NCBI GenBank assembly: GCA_963755715.1
Contig: CAVWLW010000018.1
Span: 1-48,201 of the forward strand
Origin: an uncultured delta proteobacterium
GTDB lineage: Bacteria > Desulfobacterota > Binatia > UBA9968
Length of the DNA: 48,201 nucleotides
Direction: 5' to 3'
Part shown: positions 43,281-48,201 of the stretch, piece after piece
Layout: each line of letters begins with the position of its first letter
How positions within the stretch are numbered: the first letter of the stretch is position 1
Position numbers and translations under genes: made by a program
The notes under the pieces: generated by a model
Seen by the model: only the letters and a program-made list of their open reading frames with translations
What the model was told of the DNA's origin: nothing
Databases searched by the model: none

Positions 43281-44414
43281 ATGGCCGACGCAGCCAAACA
43301 AGAACCCGTCATTACAATGTGGAGCAAGGAATTTACTTACGATCGCTGGATGAAGTCGAAGGGAATCCCGATTCACCGCGGTTATTTTATCGAAGATCTA
43401 CGCACGATTGAATTGGAATGGTGGGAGGAGCGCGGCTGCAAGTCGGCGTTTATCCAGCTTCTGGGTCAAGAAGGCGTGAGCGCGTCGCGAGTCACAGAGG
43501 TCCCTCCCGGAAAATCGCTGCCGCCGGTGAAATTTGCCCTCGATGAAATCGTCTACGTGTTGTCCGGCCGCGGTCTGACAACGGTTTGGGCCAGCGAAGG
43601 CAAGCCCAAAAAGAATTTCGAGTGGCAAGAGCACTCGATGTTTCTAGTGCCGCGTAATCATTGGCACGTCTTCAGCAACATGCAGGGCGACAAACCGATC
43701 CGGCTGTTCCATTACAGCTACATGCCGATGGCGATGTCGGCGCTGCCGGAGCCCGACATGTATTTTAATAACCCGTACGAATCGAAAATTACCGTGGCGG
43801 ATGGCGACTTTTACTCCGAAGCCAAGATGGTTCAAGCCAAGGATGCGGACGAAGGCTTGGGCATGCGCGCTTTCTGGTACGGTAATTTTTTCCCGGACAT
43901 GCGTGCGTGGAACAAGCTCGATGCCAACGAGCGGCGCGGCGCCGGCGGCAAGAGCGTGTTCATGCAATTTCCAAATTCTGAACTGACCGCCCACATGTCG
44001 GTGTTCGCGCCGAAGACTTATAAGAAAGCGCACCGTCATGGCCCGGGCCGCGCGATTATTATCCCGGCGGGCGAAGGCTATTCGATCATGTGGGAAGAGG
44101 GCAAAGAAAAAATCGTTTGTCCGTGGCACGAGTGCAGCATGATCACGCCGCCGGACAAGTGGTTTCACCAACATTTTAATGCCGGCGGCGACATGGCGCG
44201 CTATCTGGCGCTCCATCCGCCGATGCAGTTCCATGGCCACGCAGAAAAGGTCGAAGACCGCGCGAAAGATCAGATCGAATATCCGCGAGAAGATCCTTTT
44301 ATCCGAAGCAAGTTCGAAGAAGAACTGGCCAAACGGGGCATCAAGAGCGAGATGCCGGCCGAATGTTACTCGAACCCCGAATACGAGTGGTCGAAAGCGA
44401 TGGGCAAACAATAA
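43281..44414 (+). CDS. Bicupin protein A (gentisate-dioxygenase-like fold, function unknown)
   Basis: N-cupin DEIVYVLSGRG…VPRNHWH; C-cupin KAHRHGPG…PPDKWFHQHFN; AGGAGG RBS. Confidence 0.8.
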   Translation: MADAAKQEPVITMWSKEFTYDRWMKSKGIPIHRGYFIEDLRTIELEWWEERGCKSAFIQLLGQEGVSASRVTEVPPGKSLPPVKFALDEIVYVLSGRGLTTVWASEGKPKKNFEWQEHSMFLVPRNHWHVFSNMQGDKPIRLFHYSYMPMAMSALPEPDMYFNNPYESKITVADGDFYSEAKMVQAKDADEGLGMRAFWYGNFFPDMRAWNKLDANERRGAGGKSVFMQFPNSELTAHMSVFAPKTYKKAHRHGPGRAIIIPAGEGYSIMWEEGKEKIVCPWHECSMITPPDKWFHQHFNAGGDMARYLALHPPMQFHGHAEKVEDRAKDQIEYPREDPFIRSKFEEELAKRGIKSEMPAECYSNPEYEWSKAMGKQ

Positions 44415-44449
44415 CTTTAACGGCTAGAATTTCCTAAAAGTTGGTTGAT

Positions 44450-44485
44450 GGAATCCCCGCTCCAGCGAGCGGGGATTCCTATTTA
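44450..44485 (+). terminator. Perfect 13-bp hairpin between cupin A and the eutA-like gene (weak terminator or stabiliser)
   Basis: GGAATCCCCGCTC-cagc-GAGCGGGGATTCC-TATTTA. Confidence 0.65.
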
Positions 44486-44500
44486 TGAAGGACACAAAGA

Positions 44501-46039
44501 ATGACGGACCGAGGCAAAAACATGCACGATGATATTTACGATCATGACCATCCCGATAATTTCGTTATTGGGGAAGACGAAATCGTCACCGATATCGAAG
44601 GGTTGGAAATGTTCTCGCTCAAAAGCGTGGGCATCGACATCGGATCTTCGACCTCGCATCTGATTTTCTCGCTGATCACGTTGCGCCGCGAAGGCGCCTC
44701 GCTCTCGGGAAAGTTTAGAGTCACTGCCCGCGAAGTCCTTTATCGCTCGCCGATCATGCTGACGCCTTACATTTCGGCGACCAAGATCGACACGGATAAG
44801 GTCAACGACTTCATCCATGCGGCGTACAAGGACGCCGGCCTGACGCCCGAGGATGTCGACACCGGCGCGGTTATTATCACTGGCGAAGCACTCAAGAAAG
44901 AAAACGCTCAGCCGATCGTCGAAAACTTCGCCAAATATTCCGGCAAGTTCATCTGCGCTGCGGCGGGTCACAATCATGAAGCTTTGCTCGCAGCGTACGG
45001 CTGCGGCGCGGTGGATCTGTCGAAGAGCGAACACAAAACCGTGCTCAACGTCGATATGGGCGGTGGAACCACGAAATTTTCACTCGTTGAAGACGGCGTC
45101 GTGTCCCAAACGGCTTCGATCAACGTGGGCGCGCGGCTGATCGCTTTCGACGACGACGACAAGATCACCCGCATCGAAGATGCCGGGCGAGTCATGATGA
45201 AAGAGGTTGGTTACAAGGTCGAGCTTGGGCAGAAAATCACCGACAAGATGAAAGAAGATTTTGGCGCTTACATGGCCAAAATCCTTTTCGAAGTTATCGA
45301 AGAAGGTCCGAATTCACCTATGGCAAGTTCGTTGATGGTCACGCCGCCGTTTGCCAATTATCGTGGATTCAAGCAAGTGCAACACATCGTTTTCTCCGGC
45401 GGCGTTTCCGAGCATGTTTACGATCGGGATCCGAAAGCCTACGGCGATATTGGGCCGGTGCTCGGCAAGAACATGCGCGAGTATCTCAAGAAGCTACCCA
45501 AGGACGTTTTGCGCGAACCCATCGAGGGTATCCGCGCTACGGTCATCGGCGCCGGCGAATACACGATCCAAGCCAGCGGCAACACCAGCTACGTTTCCAA
45601 CGAAAAAGCGCTGCCGATCCATGGTCTGAAGGTGATTCAAGCGCCGATTCGCGACGGCGAATCCGTAAGCGAAGCGCTAAAGCAGGCGCTGCGTAAGTTC
45701 GATCTGCCCCGTTTCACATCCGGCTTGGCTTTGTCTCTGACCGTGAGCGGTGTGCCGGATTATCAGTCCGTCAGGCGAATTGCCGAAGGTGTGGCGCAGA
45801 TTCTCAAAGACGCCGATGATCCAAAATGTCCACTCTATCTGACCTTGGACCTCGACATCGCCAAGTCGCTCGGCGGCATTCTCAAAGATGAGTGCCATGT
45901 GACGCGGGATATCATCGCTATCGACGGCATCGAAGTCGGCGACTTGGATTACATCGATATCGGCGAATGCTTGGGCATCACCGAAGTCATTCCCGTCACC
46001 GTCAAGTCGCTGATGTTTCCGACGACCCATGCCGATTAG
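44501..46039 (+). CDS. eutA: EutA-like ASKHA ATPase (ethanolamine ammonia-lyase reactivase family) with His/Asp-rich N-terminus
   Basis: SVGIDIGSSTSHLIFS, TGAVIITGE, NVDMGGGTT, FSGGVSE, IRATVIGAG, GDLDYIDIG, VKSL; alternative start 44522. Confidence 0.82.
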   Translation: MTDRGKNMHDDIYDHDHPDNFVIGEDEIVTDIEGLEMFSLKSVGIDIGSSTSHLIFSLITLRREGASLSGKFRVTAREVLYRSPIMLTPYISATKIDTDKVNDFIHAAYKDAGLTPEDVDTGAVIITGEALKKENAQPIVENFAKYSGKFICAAAGHNHEALLAAYGCGAVDLSKSEHKTVLNVDMGGGTTKFSLVEDGVVSQTASINVGARLIAFDDDDKITRIEDAGRVMMKEVGYKVELGQKITDKMKEDFGAYMAKILFEVIEEGPNSPMASSLMVTPPFANYRGFKQVQHIVFSGGVSEHVYDRDPKAYGDIGPVLGKNMREYLKKLPKDVLREPIEGIRATVIGAGEYTIQASGNTSYVSNEKALPIHGLKVIQAPIRDGESVSEALKQALRKFDLPRFTSGLALSLTVSGVPDYQSVRRIAEGVAQILKDADDPKCPLYLTLDLDIAKSLGGILKDECHVTRDIIAIDGIEVGDLDYIDIGECLGITEVIPVTVKSLMFPTTHAD

Positions 46040-46068
46040 CTGAGTTCCGATTCGTTCGTTTACTGTTG

Positions 46069-46102
46069 AAAGGCCTCGCTCCATGCGGGGCCTTTGTTTT
46101 TC
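46069..46102 (+). terminator. Intrinsic terminator after the eutA-like gene
   Basis: AAAGGCCTCGC-tccat-GCGGGGCCTTT-GTTTTT. Confidence 0.7.
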
Positions 46103-46222
46103 GAGGTAGTTGGCGATCCTGAATTTGCCATTGCCGCGCTGTGACCATCCTGCGGTCGATTTGTTTCGATTTTCAATGATGATATGAGTTGATGAAACAA
46201 TTTATCTGGGAGGAACGCGGTC

Positions 46223-47359
46223 ATGTCCAAGGCGATGCCAACGGAACGAAAAATGTGGAGTAAAACATTTACCCACGATGAGTGGATGGAAAGCCAAGGC
46301 ATTCCGATTCATCGCGGTTATTACATCGAGGATTTGAGAACGTTGCAGCTCGGCTGGTGGGACGCGCGCCAGTGCAATTCCGCTTTTATCCAGCTCGTCG
46401 GCCAGGAAGGCATTACCTCGGCTCGGGTGACGGAAATTCCACCGGGGAAAACTTTACCTCCGTTGAAATTCGCCCTCGACGAGATCGTCTATGTTGTCGA
46501 AGGCCGCGGGCTTACGACCATATGGGCCGGCGAAAAACGGCCGAAGAAAACCTTCGAGTGGCAGAAACACAGCATGTTCCTCGTGCCGCATAATTATACG
46601 CACCAGTTCGCCAATATGCAGGGGGACAAGCCGGTGCGTTTACTCCAGTACAACTACATGCCGCTGACATTGTCCGGCGTGCGCGACGCGAATCTTATTT
46701 TCGGGAATTCGTACGAGGGCTCCGACATCCAGAACGAGATGGATTTCTACTCTGAAGCCAAGATGATCTCGCAAGACACCTTGGATGAATCGTGGGGCCG
46801 GCGCGCCTATTGGTACGGCAACTTTTTTCCCGACATGCGCGCCTGGGACAAGCTCGACGCCAACGTCCGGCGCGGCGCCGGCGGGCGGAGCGTTTACATC
46901 CAATTTGCCGACTCCGAAATGTCCTGCCACATGTCGGTTTTCGATGCGCGTTTATATAAAAAAGCGCACCGCCACGGCCCGGGTCGCGTGATCGTCATTC
47001 CCGCCGGCGAGGGTTACTCGATCATGTGGGAGGAAGGAAAAGACAAAGTCGTCGTGCCCTGGCACGAAGCGAGTTGCTTCACGCCGCCAAATAAATGGTT
47101 TCACCAGCACTTCAACGCCGGGGGCGAACCGGCGCGCTATCTGGCGCTCCACCCGCCGAGGCAGTTTCTCGGCCACGCCGAAAAAGTCGAAGACCGCGCC
47201 AAAGATCAGATCGAATACGTCAACGAAGATAGATGGGTGCGCGAGAAATTCGAAAGCCAACTGGCGAAGCGGGGCTTGACTACGCTGATGCCGCCGCAAA
47301 CATACACCGACCCCGACTTCGAGTGGAACTGGAAGCCGTTTTTGAAGAGCGCGAAATAA
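46223..47359 (+). CDS. Bicupin protein B (close paralog of 43281..44414)
   Basis: Same blocks as cupin A: GIPIHRGY, FALDEIVYV, WYGNFFPDMRAW, KAHRHGPG, WFHQHFN. Confidence 0.8.
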   Translation: MSKAMPTERKMWSKTFTHDEWMESQGIPIHRGYYIEDLRTLQLGWWDARQCNSAFIQLVGQEGITSARVTEIPPGKTLPPLKFALDEIVYVVEGRGLTTIWAGEKRPKKTFEWQKHSMFLVPHNYTHQFANMQGDKPVRLLQYNYMPLTLSGVRDANLIFGNSYEGSDIQNEMDFYSEAKMISQDTLDESWGRRAYWYGNFFPDMRAWDKLDANVRRGAGGRSVYIQFADSEMSCHMSVFDARLYKKAHRHGPGRVIVIPAGEGYSIMWEEGKDKVVVPWHEASCFTPPNKWFHQHFNAGGEPARYLALHPPRQFLGHAEKVEDRAKDQIEYVNEDRWVREKFESQLAKRGLTTLMPPQTYTDPDFEWNWKPFLKSAK

Positions 47360-47519
47360 TTGTACGGAACAAAACCGGTTGCCGTCGAGCCGGTTAGGAA
47401 CTCCGGAAGTTGTAATCGCTTTGCGTCATCCGTCTCCCCCGGCTGCTGGGATCCTCGGGCTGGGACCGATGTTCCGGTCATAGTTTGTTCAATGATCGAA
47501 CAACCGTGATCACGACCGG

Positions 47520-48130
47520 CTAGTCGCTTATCCATCGAAGACCGCGCGCCCTTAGGGTTCGATCGACCCTGGCGTGGTAGAGCTTCATCAGCCGCGCCGC
47601 CACGAGATCGCCTTCGATGATTCGCAGCGCGCATGCGATGGCTTGCAAGGTCGCCATCCTTTCCGGCCGGCTTTGAGCCGCAGCTGAAAGGTTACGCGGT
47701 TCGGCGCGCTGATCTTCACTCTCGGAATATTTCTTAGTCGGGGTGGCGGGAATGGATCTTTCGAGCCTTCCGCCAGTGCCATCCGGCACGATCAGCTGGA
47801 TCGGCCTCGATCCTGGCACACCAGTTCCCGGTCCAGTTCCAGCGCATCGGCGCTCGGATAAAACAGCAACGTCCGGTAATTAAGGCGACAATAGATCGCT
47901 CAGGTCGAGCGTTTCCCGGCTCTCACCGCGAATGTGCACGTCGCTGTTGACCAGAGATTGATGCGCGAGCAGACCGGTATTGCTGCTCCGCGAGAGCTCG
48001 CGATGATGGATCACCAGCGAATCTTCGTGCGCAGATCCAAGCGCGGCACCTCTGCGCACATGCATAGCGTAAGCGACGCGCCGCACACCGAGCAGCGCTG
48101 TTTTGCTTTTCCGATTCCAGCCAACGGCAA
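47520..48130 (-). pseudogene. DTW-domain tRNA-uridine aminocarboxypropyltransferase (TapT/YfiP-like), broken by multiple indels
   Basis: Switching frames reads RCSVCGASLTLCMC / LVIHHRELSRSSNTG / YRTLLFYPS / LIVPDGT-W / NIPRVKI / MATLQAIA, matching DTW family architecture; boundaries approximate. Confidence 0.72.
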
Positions 48131-48201
48131 CAAACCTCGACGGCTATAAATCCTTCCGGACGGCAAGGTGCCATCAGTCATGCCGCCCTGAGATCGTCTC
48201 A

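Noticed and set aside
43281-47359. Ethanolamine utilisation (eut) locus
   Set aside because: Only an EutA-like gene is present; no eutB, eutC, eutH or shell genes
47360-48201. Transposase or IS remnant at the window end
   Set aside because: The fragments are explained by a DTW-domain gene; no terminal inverted repeats or DDE/HUH motifs seen

Overview
Bacterial chromosomal window, GC-rich and densely coding. The F1Fo operon has two b subunits and no a/c genes, sits behind a bactofilin, and many orphan NMT1-type binding proteins are present. This suggests a Deltaproteobacteria-like lineage such as Ca. Binatia (inference only). Contents: a MetE-like enzyme, 5'-3' exonuclease, amidohydrolases, malate synthase G, an ALDH/benzoate-CoA ligase/class II aldolase operon, msrA, fused trehalose-6-P synthase/phosphatase, cyclophilin, nine solute-binding proteins with no permeases, bactofilin and atpF'FHAGDC. 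Highlights: (1) a bicupin / EutA-like ASKHA ATPase / bicupin module with no eutBC, a candidate uncharacterised ATP-assisted metalloenzyme system; (2) an AhpD/CMD-family gene with an in-frame UGA in a CxxU motif followed by a SECIS-like hairpin, a probable selenoprotein that the ORF track splits; (3) a CADD-like diiron oxidase hidden by a frameshift; (4) several families of heptamer-repeat and REP-like hairpins in intergenic gaps; (5) a structured leader of about 195 nt on an RRM gene. Six genes carry single-base insertions and the last gene (DTW domain) has many indels, most likely read/assembly errors. No rRNA, tRNA, CRISPR array or intact transposase was recognised.
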